Origin: a virus
Taxonomy: Duplodnaviria; Heunggongvirae; Uroviricota; Caudoviricetes
Strand: one strand, 5' to 3'
Length of the DNA stretch: 64,000 bases
Virus record (IMG/VR): IMGVR_UViG_3300028591_000125
Under the pieces are notes generated by a model, which saw only the letters and a program-made list of their open reading frames with translations, ran no database searches and was not told the origin of the DNA. Every line of letters begins with the position of its first letter. The first letter of the stretch is position 1. Below are positions 37,063 through 46,719 of the stretch, piece after piece. The position numbers were made by a program, and so were the translations under genes.

Positions 37063-37380
37063 ATGAAACTAAGTGGAAAATATAAATATGTTATCTATTT
37101 AAGATTTGAATATAATAATCTTTACCCTGGAATCACTGCTAGGGTTCAAAGTGGAATAATTATTTTTGTTAATTATCACAATACAGATGACGATCAACTT
37201 TATTATCTCATATTAAAAAATAAAATTGGAATACATAAAAAATTATCTAGGAAGGTAATTTATTCTATTTTAAAAAAATCAGGCAGCGCAACTTTTAGTT
37301 TAAATAATTTTCTTTCTTCTATTTTATCAATAAGAGATGAAGATGTACCAATAACAATACTAAGGAAAGAAAAAAGATAG
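37063..37380 (+). CDS. hypothetical protein
   Basis: 105 aa ORF. Motif TTCCTTATATATAATG. Confidence 0.45.
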   Translation: MKLSGKYKYVIYLRFEYNNLYPGITARVQSGIIIFVNYHNTDDDQLYYLILKNKIGIHKKLSRKVIYSILKKSGSATFSLNNFLSSILSIRDEDVPITILRKEKR

Positions 37381-37381
37381 A

Positions 37382-38086
37382 TTAATTTTCTATCTTTATT
37401 TTTTCTCCCGTTCTTAAATATCTAATCCCCTCATCATCATCTAACCAAAAACACTGCCTACAATCTAAGCATACAGTATTTCCTTCTATTCTCGGTACTT
37501 CTCTTTGTTGCGTGTGTCCTACTATCTGCTTCTCCCAGTCTGTAAATCGATACTCCCTTATATCAGACCAAACAGGAGAACCACCACGATCATCTCCTCC
37601 TCTATACCAAGAACAATAATTTAACGGCTTTATGATTCGACTTTTATCTAGGGTCTGAATCTCTTTGCCGGCTATATCTGAAATTCCTAGTCTCCCTATA
37701 TCCTCTAACCAGTATCTATTAAACCCGGCATGACTTAAGACCCAAGAACCAAGTCGTAAACCTAAATATAAATCCCCAGACTCTTTAAATAACGATAAAG
37801 CTGAATCAAATATAGAATAATCACACCTATCTCTACATATCTTAAGTTCTGGCCATATATAAGTACAGTCATGATTCCCTACTAAAAGCTTCACCCCAGG
37901 ATTTTTCTTCTTCACTTCTATAATCTCTGAAAAATTATATAAAGCTTCACAACCACTTATCCCTTCATGTTCATACGGGTCTAAGTAATCTCCTAAAAAC
38001 ACAGTAGGAACACCAGACTCTATGTACGATAACGCCTCTTTCCAAAAATTCCTTCCATGTACGTCAGGTATTATAATCAATTTCAT
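37382..38086 (-). CDS. Ser/Thr-type metallophosphatase (lambda-phosphatase/calcineurin-like)
   Basis: 234 aa ORF with DVHG, GDYLDPY and GNHD motifs. Confidence 0.65.
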   Translation of the reverse strand: MKLIIIPDVHGRNFWKEALSYIESGVPTVFLGDYLDPYEHEGISGCEALYNFSEIIEVKKKNPGVKLLVGNHDCTYIWPELKICRDRCDYSIFDSALSLFKESGDLYLGLRLGSWVLSHAGFNRYWLEDIGRLGISDIAGKEIQTLDKSRIIKPLNYCSWYRGGDDRGGSPVWSDIREYRFTDWEKQIVGHTQQREVPRIEGNTVCLDCRQCFWLDDDEGIRYLRTGEKIKIEN

Positions 38087-38315
38087 AATCGATCTTGTAT
38101 ATTGTATTACTACTTTGATCTATATAAATTAATCTCCTATCACCTTTTATTTTTCCAAATTCTATTAACTTCCTGACTAATTTTTTACTTAGCTTCTTCC
38201 TGATTAAATGATTAAATATATACCAGAAAAGAACAACTTTATTAGTATCATCCGTTATATATATTCTAGTATTTGGCTTATGATAAAATATACTATAATA
38301 AACTGTAACTATCAT
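38064..38315 (-). CDS. hypothetical protein, tandem paralog family D
   Basis: 83 aa ORF with the family motif KKLSKKLVRKLI. Confidence 0.45.
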   Translation of the reverse strand: MIVTVYYSIFYHKPNTRIYITDDTNKVVLFWYIFNHLIRKKLSKKLVRKLIEFGKIKGDRRLIYIDQSSNTIYKIDYEIDYNT

Positions 38316-38320
38316 ACTAA

Positions 38321-38596
38321 TTAACTACTTTTCATAGTATATGTTCCGATAACATCCTCTTCTTTAAACTCTATTTCATTTTCGGTTACATAACTGAATA
38401 AACTGGAGTCTATATCTATAAGTTTTCCGAAATACACTAAATCACTTCCGCTAACTGGGTCAATATAATGTATCGTACTTTTACATATAGCTTCAACATA
38501 AACCGGTGATGTGAATTTCACCCTTCTTTGTATCGGAATACAAAAATATTCTTGGTCTTGCTTTAATTCATACTTCTCGCCAAAATTAATTTCCAT
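38321..38596 (-). CDS. hypothetical protein
   Basis: 91 aa ORF embedded in the family-D array but not obviously a member. Confidence 0.45.
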   Translation of the reverse strand: MEINFGEKYELKQDQEYFCIPIQRRVKFTSPVYVEAICKSTIHYIDPVSGSDLVYFGKLIDIDSSLFSYVTENEIEFKEEDVIGTYTMKSS

Positions 38597-38597
38597 A

Positions 38598-38858
38598 TCA
38601 AAATGTATTTATATCTTTTATTTCTATCTCTTTTTCCCATAGTATCGTATAACCTCCATTCTTAAATTGCTCAGTTGAAATAGCCGTCGGATAGGAATAA
38701 TAATGAAAAGTGTCTATTAAATGCTTCAATGCTTTCTTCCCAAGTATTTTATGTAACTTTAAAACCTTCAACCAAACTAAGACTCTATTTTTATTATCCC
38801 TAAACACTAATCTATATTCACCTCTACTAAACACTATGAAATCTATAACTACTCTCAT
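38598..38858 (-). CDS. hypothetical protein, family D (start moved to internal Met)
   Basis: MRVVIDFIVFSRGEYRLVFRDNKNRVLVWLKV...KKALKHLI aligns with the other family members. Confidence 0.4.
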   Translation of the reverse strand: MRVVIDFIVFSRGEYRLVFRDNKNRVLVWLKVLKLHKILGKKALKHLIDTFHYYSYPTAISTEQFKNGGYTILWEKEIEIKDINTF

Positions 38859-39081
38859 ACTTCCATAAAATTCTATCGGCAAGTTCTTCATCTGACACAT
38901 AACGAGGACCAAGTTCCAAATCTTTCTCTCTCTGTATTAATTTATTTTCTAACTTCTTTGATAACTTCTTATGAAACACAATATTCATACGTCTCCATAC
39001 ATATAACTCCTTTGTTTTATCGTCTCTTATCATTAACCTGTACGATTTAAAACTATAATCAATCAATAATACAGTCATCAT
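38827..39081 (-). CDS. hypothetical protein, family D
   Basis: MMTVLLIDYSFKSYRLMIRDDKTKELYVW...KKLSKKLENKLI. Confidence 0.45.
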   Translation of the reverse strand: MMTVLLIDYSFKSYRLMIRDDKTKELYVWRRMNIVFHKKLSKKLENKLIQREKDLELGPRYVSDEELADRILWKYESSYRFHSV

Positions 39082-39305
39082 GTCTCATACTTCCATAAAA
39101 TTACACCAGAGAGATTTCTATCCGCCAGATAAGGAAAATTATTAGATATCGAACTCATCACTAACTTATTCACCAGCTTCTTCGATAACTTCTTATGAAA
39201 CACATTATCCACATACATCCATACATATAACTTCTCCTTTTTATCATCTTTTATAACTAACCTGTACGAACCTAACTCAAAATCAACTAGTAATACAGTC
39301 ATCAT
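39078..39305 (-). CDS. hypothetical protein, family D
   Basis: MMTVLLVDFELGSYRLVIKDDKKEKLYVW...KKLSKKLVNKLV. Confidence 0.45.
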   Translation of the reverse strand: MMTVLLVDFELGSYRLVIKDDKKEKLYVWMYVDNVFHKKLSKKLVNKLVMSSISNNFPYLADRNLSGVILWKYET

Positions 39306-39392
39306 ATATAAGGTTTGTAAGGTGGCGTAAAATAAAAGACCGGGAAACTAAGGCAAAGGTAATACAGTCGCCTAAAATCTCCGGTCTAAAAT

Positions 39393-39803
39393 TCACGCCA
39401 TTTCTTCCCTTACCCACTTAACTATCTTCTTTAACAACTCCTCCTCTACTTCTTTATCTTTTATATTTACTAACACCTTCTCTCTTATCTCCTCCTCTAT
39501 GTTAGTCGCAAAGAAAGAGTTAACATAAATACGAACTCTAGAATGAACACGAACTTTAGAAGTTACTGGATAATACCTCTCAAAAATATCATATAATTTC
39601 TTTACAAGATTAAACGGCATCTTCTTATATACACCATCATTATTATCACACGAAAAACAAAAATCTACTAACGCAAAATATGGATTAGTGTGAATAGCTG
39701 ACTTCATTTTATCAGTTAAATCAGATACAGGGACTAGAAATAACGTAGACTTTAAATATCTACTACTAATTGAACTTTTATAACAAATACTTAAACTACT
39801 CAT
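39393..39803 (-). CDS. hypothetical protein
   Basis: 136 aa ORF. Confidence 0.5.
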   Translation of the reverse strand: MSSLSICYKSSISSRYLKSTLFLVPVSDLTDKMKSAIHTNPYFALVDFCFSCDNNDGVYKKMPFNLVKKLYDIFERYYPVTSKVRVHSRVRIYVNSFFATNIEEEIREKVLVNIKDKEVEEELLKKIVKWVREEMA

Positions 39804-40668
39804 TTTTTATATTCTCTTTTCTGGATATATCAAAAACACGTTCCTCAGCTATTTTAACTAAATAATTAAATATAGCTTTTCCAGTTCTAGATGAAACGCC
39901 TATGTAATTCTTTTGATACAAGTTTTTAACATCAGCAGCAATTTCTCCCCAAATTTCTTTACCTATATCATCCATCTTTTCATAGTTTTCTAAGGCTTCT
40001 TCGGTTGCTTTTATCTTAGCATCAATATTAGCTCTACTTTGTTCTTCTGTAAAGTTTATTAAGGTTTCATTAAAGTACAATATAGCCCTAGTTTTCCAAG
40101 GATTCTTTTCTAACCATTCTTTTTCAATTTCTTCAGGAATATCATTAAAATATGGATTAGATAGTATACAATTATTTTCTATATTACTCTTAATTAAAGT
40201 ATACCACAACTTAAAAGATTCTCTAATGCGCAGATTATAAATATTCTCCTCTTCTTTATTATATTCAGGGTATTTCTGTAATTCTTCTATTATACTGGTT
40301 TTATGAATTTTATATAATTCTTCTGGTCTTTCTAAGGTATTTAAAAGATAGCATTTAATATTCTCTATATACTTCTCTTTTGTTGTAGCTATAATATTTT
40401 GAATTACATTAAAACCATTTATTATTTCTTCATTATAATAAAACCATTCATAAGAATCAGGTAAGAGGTATTTAGAAAATCTTTTATGTAGGTAATTTTC
40501 TAATTCAGTGTCTCCTTCTCGTTCTTGTAATAATTTAAATCCATAATTATGTGTTTTATATTGATTTTCTCTAGATTCTTTAAATGGTTTACTTGAATAT
40601 CCTATTTTTAATATATCAACAAAGTTTCCATTATCATCTTTATAACAATCTTGTATTAAATATATCAT
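39796..40668 (-). CDS. hypothetical protein sharing an 85-aa C-terminal module with the adjacent helicase-like gene
   Basis: INFTEEQSRANIDAKIKATEEAL...VAADVKNLYQKNYIGVSSRTGKAIFNYLVKIAEERVFDISRKE is near-identical to a segment of 40671..42746. Confidence 0.5.
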   Translation of the reverse strand: MIYLIQDCYKDDNGNFVDILKIGYSSKPFKESRENQYKTHNYGFKLLQEREGDTELENYLHKRFSKYLLPDSYEWFYYNEEIINGFNVIQNIIATTKEKYIENIKCYLLNTLERPEELYKIHKTSIIEELQKYPEYNKEEENIYNLRIRESFKLWYTLIKSNIENNCILSNPYFNDIPEEIEKEWLEKNPWKTRAILYFNETLINFTEEQSRANIDAKIKATEEALENYEKMDDIGKEIWGEIAADVKNLYQKNYIGVSSRTGKAIFNYLVKIAEERVFDISRKENIKNE

Positions 40669-40670
40669 AA

Positions 40671-42746
40671 TTAATTTCCTTTCTTATTTATTATTTCAAA
40701 CCCATGCTCCCATTTACCATCTGAATTCTTAATTTTGACTGACTTTAATTCAAAAAATTCCTCTAAGTCTGAAGCTTTTGGTGTTTTTGTTATTCCATTC
40801 TCTTTATATAATTTCCCCAATGTTTCTTTTATCTGTTTAGTAGTATATTTAGAACCAATGGAGAAAATAGATTCAATTATATTAGATTCTTTTGCTTTCT
40901 CTAAATTACTAATATTCTCTATTTCTCTTATAATCTCTAATTCTCTAAACCCATTAGCCTTCATTCTATCAAATCCTAATATATTTATGTAATTTTCATA
41001 AGATCTGGGAATAAAAGAACTAATAAAATCTCCAAATTGTTTAAATAATTGAGGGTATTGTTCATGATAATCATATATACACCTCATCCTAGGTTCAAAA
41101 CTATTAGGCAAGGATTCGTATTTCTCTTTAAATTCATAGAACAAATCTTTTAGTGCGTCAGAGGTTTTGTTTTCATCTGAAGCATCTAGATTATATCCTT
41201 GAATTGACTCTATACCTCTTTTAATAGTTATATCATCTTGATACTCTTTTCTAGATACATCAAACGCTCTTTCTTCTGCTACTTTAACCAAATAATTAAA
41301 TGTAGCCTTTCCAGTTCTAGATGAAACGCCTAAATAATTCTTCTGATATAAATTTTTAACATCGGCTGCTACAGTTGACCAAGATAATTTCTCTTCTTCA
41401 GACATTTTCTCATACCCAGCTAAAAGTCTCTCAGTTTCTTTTATCTTAGAATCAATATTAGCTTTACTTTGTTCTTCTGTAAAGTTAATAGAAGCTTCAT
41501 CTTTAGATCTTGCCTTATATAAGAATAAAACTTCATTTCTAAATACATTCTCCTTTAATCTTTGTCGTCCTAGAATTTGAGGAAGATCCAAAGAAATATC
41601 TACGGTTAATGTTTTTATATTACAGTCTGAACAAATAATAGTATAAGCACAAGTAGAATAAAAATCAGCACCTAGATAAGAAGTCCTAGTACAAAGTGTA
41701 AACATTTTATGAGCTTCCCCTTGTACTGGTATTTCTCCTATCTTATGACCTACTTTCTTGAGTTTTCCAATATTAACAGTAGAATCTGAACATATTATAT
41801 TTGTCTCCTCCGGTTTTAATCCATTCCTCCTTATTATATGACAAATAGTATTAACAGAATTAACAAATATAACGAGCTCCTTAGATTCTTTTAAGGTACC
41901 GTCTTGAAGTACTTTGTTAGGATAAACTCCTTTTCTATAGTTATCTATCCATTCTTTTAATACTGTTCCTATGTTTCTGGTAATTCTTCTTTCTACCTTA
42001 ACGTGCTCTATTCTACTATCTGGCCACTTCAATTTGTACATAGGGAGATCTTTAAAATAATTCAATTTCCCTAAGTATTTTTCTAACATTGGGGTAGCTG
42101 ATAAGTATAGCACATTCTCACAGTCATAAAGATCGTTGACGAAATCAAGTTCTACGGTCGCTTTAAAAGTTGCGTCCATGAAAATTGACTGAAACTCATC
42201 AACAACTATGGCATAACTCTTTGGATCAATTCCATAACTTTTAAAGACATCAAGGATATGGTGAAGAGAATCATATGTAACAATAATCTTAAAAGGTTCA
42301 TTACTTTTAGAACATTCCTTAAGATAATTAGTTAGGTTTATCTTAAGTCTTGTCATATACGATTCCTTCTCAACATCACTTAACTCAGAAATTTTATCTT
42401 TAATTTCTTGAGTTTTTTCTTTCTTCTCCTCTTCTGTCATGTCAAAGGGAAAATCATAAACAATAGATTCCTCTTCATTTCTGAAATAATAAATACGTCT
42501 TAATCCTTTATTTTGGCCATCTTCACTATTATGTTGCTTCTCTTTGTTCTCTAATAATGCTTTTCTAGGGGAACAAAGAATAGTGGGAATATCATTATTT
42601 AAACAATATTCTGTAAAACCACAACCACAAATAGTTTTATCTAAGATTAAATGACCTTTAGGATAAACAAATTCTTTCCATTCACTAATATATTCTATCT
42701 CATCTGGGACAGCTATTAGATTAACAGTTTTTTCTAAATTTTCCAT
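40671..42746 (-). CDS. SF2 (DEAD/DEAH-like) helicase-family protein with atypical motif I
   Basis: 691 aa ORF. VVDEFQ (motif II), LSATP (III), LCTRTSYLGADF (V) and ILGRQRL (VI) are present. The Walker-A position reads CGCGFTEY. Confidence 0.55.
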   Translation of the reverse strand: MENLEKTVNLIAVPDEIEYISEWKEFVYPKGHLILDKTICGCGFTEYCLNNDIPTILCSPRKALLENKEKQHNSEDGQNKGLRRIYYFRNEEESIVYDFPFDMTEEEKKEKTQEIKDKISELSDVEKESYMTRLKINLTNYLKECSKSNEPFKIIVTYDSLHHILDVFKSYGIDPKSYAIVVDEFQSIFMDATFKATVELDFVNDLYDCENVLYLSATPMLEKYLGKLNYFKDLPMYKLKWPDSRIEHVKVERRITRNIGTVLKEWIDNYRKGVYPNKVLQDGTLKESKELVIFVNSVNTICHIIRRNGLKPEETNIICSDSTVNIGKLKKVGHKIGEIPVQGEAHKMFTLCTRTSYLGADFYSTCAYTIICSDCNIKTLTVDISLDLPQILGRQRLKENVFRNEVLFLYKARSKDEASINFTEEQSKANIDSKIKETERLLAGYEKMSEEEKLSWSTVAADVKNLYQKNYLGVSSRTGKATFNYLVKVAEERAFDVSRKEYQDDITIKRGIESIQGYNLDASDENKTSDALKDLFYEFKEKYESLPNSFEPRMRCIYDYHEQYPQLFKQFGDFISSFIPRSYENYINILGFDRMKANGFRELEIIREIENISNLEKAKESNIIESIFSIGSKYTTKQIKETLGKLYKENGITKTPKASDLEEFFELKSVKIKNSDGKWEHGFEIINKKGN

Positions 42747-42819
42747 AATTTCTAATTTTTAAAATTCTGGCACAGGCCCCTGGAAAGGGCCCTGGCCTGT
42801 ATTTCATATATAAGAAATA

Positions 42820-43160
42820 CAAGTCTTCTGGAGTGTGTTTTTCCAATTTTAAATGTAAATAATGGGCTTCCTTTAAATAACCATTTCCATTTTTTCCATT
42901 TTTGGAAAATAGGAAAATTAGATATTATATTCTATGGGTTTACCCCTGCACAAGCGTTAAGAAATTCCGTTAAAGGCCGGAACGGACGTTGTGGAGGCCT
43001 AGGAATTTTAGCTTAGTGCATTGGGTAATCAGAGAGACGGGTTCAATTCGTTAACGAAATGGAATGTAGCTTGAGTGTTAACGAAAGCGGAATGGAATGG
43101 AGTAGAATTGTGGCACGTAGTGGGAAGGCGTCTCTCTCGGTTATAATACACAGGCTTTGC
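42820..43160. other. ORF-free GC-richer region with short direct repeats upstream of helicase-like gene; candidate replication origin
   Basis: Direct repeats CCATTT(T) x3 (42882..42910), GTTAACGAAA x2 and GGAATG x3 (43050..43110). A terminator is upstream and the promoter with a GC hairpin is downstream (42755..42790). Confidence 0.35.
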
Positions 43161-43185
43161 CCTTTCCAGACTTCCAGACCTTTCC

Positions 43186-43220
43186 GAAAAAAAAAGAGTA
43201 ACATCCAAAGACATTACTCT
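43186..43220 (-). terminator. intrinsic terminator of 43214..43630
   Basis: Minus-strand hairpin AGAGTAATGTCTTTGGATGTTACTCT followed by T9. Confidence 0.55.
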
Positions 43221-43630
43221 TTTAAACACTCTTTTAAACTAAATGCATCTTCTAGGTCCTTAAATACCTGATCTATTTCTTTCTTTGCCATCTCATCACC
43301 TCTTTTATAGACAAATGAAAACTGATCATGTGTACCGTCTCTATATTCATGGCATAGAAAACGACCTATACATAAATCATTCATACCTTCTATCTTAACA
43401 AAAGCGATTCCGGTATATTTAAACTTATATGTAAATGGAATTGAAATCCCATATACACTTTCCGTTTCGATATATGGTTGTTGCATTTTACTAGGATAAA
43501 TACAACCTTTAATATATCCTTTAGTACACATTATTTCATTAACCAGGGAACCTATGAATCTACATTTGAAACTAGCCTCTTTATAAAAATCAAATCTTTC
43601 TGCTATAAATAATGGTTGGTTTTTCTTCAT
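43214..43630 (-). CDS. hypothetical protein
   Basis: 138 aa ORF overlapping the upstream gene by ATGA. Confidence 0.5.
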   Translation of the reverse strand: MKKNQPLFIAERFDFYKEASFKCRFIGSLVNEIMCTKGYIKGCIYPSKMQQPYIETESVYGISIPFTYKFKYTGIAFVKIEGMNDLCIGRFLCHEYRDGTHDQFSFVYKRGDEMAKKEIDQVFKDLEDAFSLKECLKE

Positions 43631-45789
43631 ATTTCCCTTAGTTTCCTCTCATAGAATTCATAGCTATTTTCGAGTTTAGCTTGTTTCATTCTATCTTCAG
43701 TCAATGCGTAATCTCCTTTTCCTTCTGTTTCTTTTATAGTTTCGAGGTATTCAGGTTCTAGCATTTTACCTTTTTCGACTAGTTTAAGGGCCAGATTTTT
43801 AATTAGTTTTTTATTAGCTCCTATTATATTCTTAGTTTTATTCACAAGACCCTCATACCAGACTCTAATTTGTGTTTTTATTTCAGTATCATCGAATCCA
43901 TTAGGTATACCGTTATTATTATACAGAACGGCCGGATTGTGATAGTAATAAGGTCCAAAGAATCCGCCAGTATAGATATCATTCGTCATATCTATCATCG
44001 CCGTCCAAAGATCGCTGCCTGAACCAAGTAAAATTCTGTTATTATCTTGGAAAATAATTTCTTCAGCGCAATAACCGGCGATAGATACCATGACGTTTAT
44101 TTCAAGGTCGTATTTAGTATCAATTTCATCATACATTTCGGAATCATGGTATATAGTAATTCCGCCCTTATTAGAATCAACGCCAAGGATAGCATTAGGA
44201 GCTCTACCGGTTAAATAAGACATAACTACAGCGTGTCCAGCCTCATGAACGGAAGATGCGAATTTAAGTTTTCTATTATCCGGGTTTCTAAGTTTACCGA
44301 GTTCAAGTGGTATAATTTTCTCAGAGTCGCCGTAATATATAGTAACTGAATCCTTAGAATATCCAAGTTCAGGGTTTTTCACACCTACTTCCACATTTTC
44401 TTTCATATCTTTAATTAGGATATCAGAGAAAATAGGAGTAAATATAGTTCCGATAGTTGTAAATAGCGGACGTACACCTTGAGCGGGATAGACGCCTTCA
44501 GAGTAAATTAAATCTCTAAAGTCCTGAGTAACTGAGACTTTAATACCAGTAGTTTTAAAGAAGTCGTTGCAGTTCCTATCAATTTCTTTTTTAATAAGTT
44601 CTTCAAAATGGACTTTCTTAAGAGTAGGGTATTTAATTATATTGTTACCTATTCTACTAAGTTGTTCTGGTTTAAATCTTCTAAGTAATGAATCTTTAAT
44701 TTCAGATATAGATACTTTTCTAGTTTCGTCGTAGAATATATCAGCATCAATATCGGGGTTCAAGTCTTTAGAAGCGGGAAAAGCCTCATCCAAATTACCC
44801 AAGACGAATATAAGAGACTTTTTACAATCAATGAAATTAGGAGTATTATATTTAGTTCTACATGCTTTTAGAAACTCAGCAAATTCAATTACAGTTTTGA
44901 ATGAGTTAATTTCGTTGATATAGTCTAAGTATTTTTTATCAGGTTCAATTCCTTTAAGCCTGATAATAAGAGTCCTAAGAATATTTGGTTGTATTATAGG
45001 AAGTTCTCTATAAGGATCTTTTTCTTTTTTACTTTTCTTATCACCACCACTTTCTTCTGTATCTGGTTCATCAAGGTCATCTTCAAATCCTTCTTCTTCA
45101 ATTTCCCATGACTTAGGTTTATAATAGTTAGGGATACCACGGCCGTAATAGAAGAATCCGAGGTTTTCTAATATTTCCTTTACATCTTCTTTTTTAACCA
45201 CATTTCCATTAACAAGTCCCACAGATTCATGACCTTTTGTATATTCAAGGAAGTCATCTATAAAATTGTTAAGGGTATTATAGTCATAGGAAGCGTTATC
45301 CTCATTTAGATTAAGAATTCCAGTATCCATAAGAGTCCAAACAGGTCTTATAGCGGATTTTATTTCAATTTCACAACCAGACTCATCAATAGTTCTAGCA
45401 TATTGGAATTCATCAAAAACAAAAACTAAGTCTTCGGTTAATGTTTTACTTGCTGCAGAGGTTGGTGAGTTTCCGTATCTTGAAATAGAGAAAAATTCAT
45501 TTAAAGTTTCTACTATTGATTTTCCGTTATCACCAGCTTCTTTACCGCAATCGAAGGACATTGTTTTATTTTTTATGTCAAGTAGTTCGATTAGTCTATT
45601 TATTACACTAGTCTTTCCTGTTCCCGTCATACCCCAGAGCGATACTATAACCGGCCTTTGAATAATTTGAGGAGTCACATACCAAGGAGTGACAGCCGTA
45701 ATTATCTTATCAATAATCTCATCAAGGCCGACAAATTCGCTCTTTAATATCTGACGGGCATTTTCAAGTTTTTCTATTCTTTCTTTCAT
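43627..45789 (-). CDS. soluble FtsH-like protein: AAA+ ATPase fused to M41-type zinc metalloprotease domain
   Basis: 720 aa ORF. N-terminal Walker A SLWGMTGTGKTSVINRL. C-terminal HEAGHAVV zinc-binding motif followed by IAGYCAEEIIF and GSGSDLWTA. No TM helix. Confidence 0.65.
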   Translation of the reverse strand: MKERIEKLENARQILKSEFVGLDEIIDKIITAVTPWYVTPQIIQRPVIVSLWGMTGTGKTSVINRLIELLDIKNKTMSFDCGKEAGDNGKSIVETLNEFFSISRYGNSPTSAASKTLTEDLVFVFDEFQYARTIDESGCEIEIKSAIRPVWTLMDTGILNLNEDNASYDYNTLNNFIDDFLEYTKGHESVGLVNGNVVKKEDVKEILENLGFFYYGRGIPNYYKPKSWEIEEEGFEDDLDEPDTEESGGDKKSKKEKDPYRELPIIQPNILRTLIIRLKGIEPDKKYLDYINEINSFKTVIEFAEFLKACRTKYNTPNFIDCKKSLIFVLGNLDEAFPASKDLNPDIDADIFYDETRKVSISEIKDSLLRRFKPEQLSRIGNNIIKYPTLKKVHFEELIKKEIDRNCNDFFKTTGIKVSVTQDFRDLIYSEGVYPAQGVRPLFTTIGTIFTPIFSDILIKDMKENVEVGVKNPELGYSKDSVTIYYGDSEKIIPLELGKLRNPDNRKLKFASSVHEAGHAVVMSYLTGRAPNAILGVDSNKGGITIYHDSEMYDEIDTKYDLEINVMVSIAGYCAEEIIFQDNNRILLGSGSDLWTAMIDMTNDIYTGGFFGPYYYHNPAVLYNNNGIPNGFDDTEIKTQIRVWYEGLVNKTKNIIGANKKLIKNLALKLVEKGKMLEPEYLETIKETEGKGDYALTEDRMKQAKLENSYEFYERKLREI

Positions 45790-45859
45790 ATATTAAAAAT
45801 TTTACTGACATAATGCATATATAAGGAAATCAAGAAGGCGTAAACTCCTTATATATGTT

Positions 45860-46141
45860 ATGAATAAGATTTTTGTATATGCTAAGGGAAGGAACCTAGT
45901 ATATTATAGAGAACAGGATCTAGGAATAAGACCTAGAGCAACATATATACACATCTTACGTCAATTTAGGAAAGAAGTAGGAGAGTTATTAAAAGAATTA
46001 CCGAGTACAGATCCTTTATTTGGTTTATTCTCAGATATAGTAGCTCAAGTACCAGAAAAGCCTAAGACGAAAGAATGTGATGGTTATATTTTAAAAATCA
46101 AACAAATTTATGACAACAGAGGAATTGAAAAAACTGTATGA
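45860..46141 (+). CDS. hypothetical protein
   Basis: 93 aa ORF. Motif CTCCTTATATATGTTATG. Confidence 0.45.
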   Translation: MNKIFVYAKGRNLVYYREQDLGIRPRATYIHILRQFRKEVGELLKELPSTDPLFGLFSDIVAQVPEKPKTKECDGYILKIKQIYDNRGIEKTV

Positions 46142-46436
46142 GGAGAAGGACCTTATTCTGATTAAATTCGGAGCTACTTGGTGTGGTCCTTGTAAAGCTA
46201 TGGAACCGGTTTTGAAAGAAGTAGCTGAAGAAAGACCGGATGTTTGTGTACTTGATTTGGATGTTGAAGAGAATGAAGAACTAGTATCATTGTTTAGAGT
46301 GAGAAATGTACCTGCTTTATTTCTGATTAAAGAAGGAGTAACAGTAGATAAGTTCGTAGGTGGTGCATCTAAAGAACAAATACTAAGTTTTATCAATGGG
46401 CAACAGGGAAAACAAAAAGAAGAGGCGGCTAGCTAG
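46110..46436 (+). CDS. trx: thioredoxin
   Basis: 108 aa ORF with the active site WCGPC in a thioredoxin-length protein. Confidence 0.8.
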   Translation: MTTEELKKLYEEKDLILIKFGATWCGPCKAMEPVLKEVAEERPDVCVLDLDVEENEELVSLFRVRNVPALFLIKEGVTVDKFVGGASKEQILSFINGQQGKQKEEAAS

Positions 46437-46719
46437 ACACTTAAGAAACAAAGCTAAAGACGAAACGCACAAAAAAGAAGCTTGGGAGGAAGGTAAATTA
46501 ATTGAACCTAATCATAATGGAGGTTATTATCCAAAAGAGTATAGCATAGAATTAGGTGCTAGACTTATGGAGAAACAATTTCAGCCGTTTAGAGGAAAAA
46601 TTAGAGATTACCTTTTGATGTGTGATCCTGAAGCTAGAGATGAAAATTGGAAAGCTTTGAAACAGGTTTATGATTCTTGGCTTGAAAATAAAATAAAAGG
46701 AGAGGAAGATGGTAAATGA
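46396..46719 (+). CDS. hypothetical basic protein
   Basis: 107 aa ORF overlapping the thioredoxin 3' end by 41 nt. Confidence 0.4.
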   Translation: MGNRENKKKRRLARHLRNKAKDETHKKEAWEEGKLIEPNHNGGYYPKEYSIELGARLMEKQFQPFRGKIRDYLLMCDPEARDENWKALKQVYDSWLENKIKGEEDGK

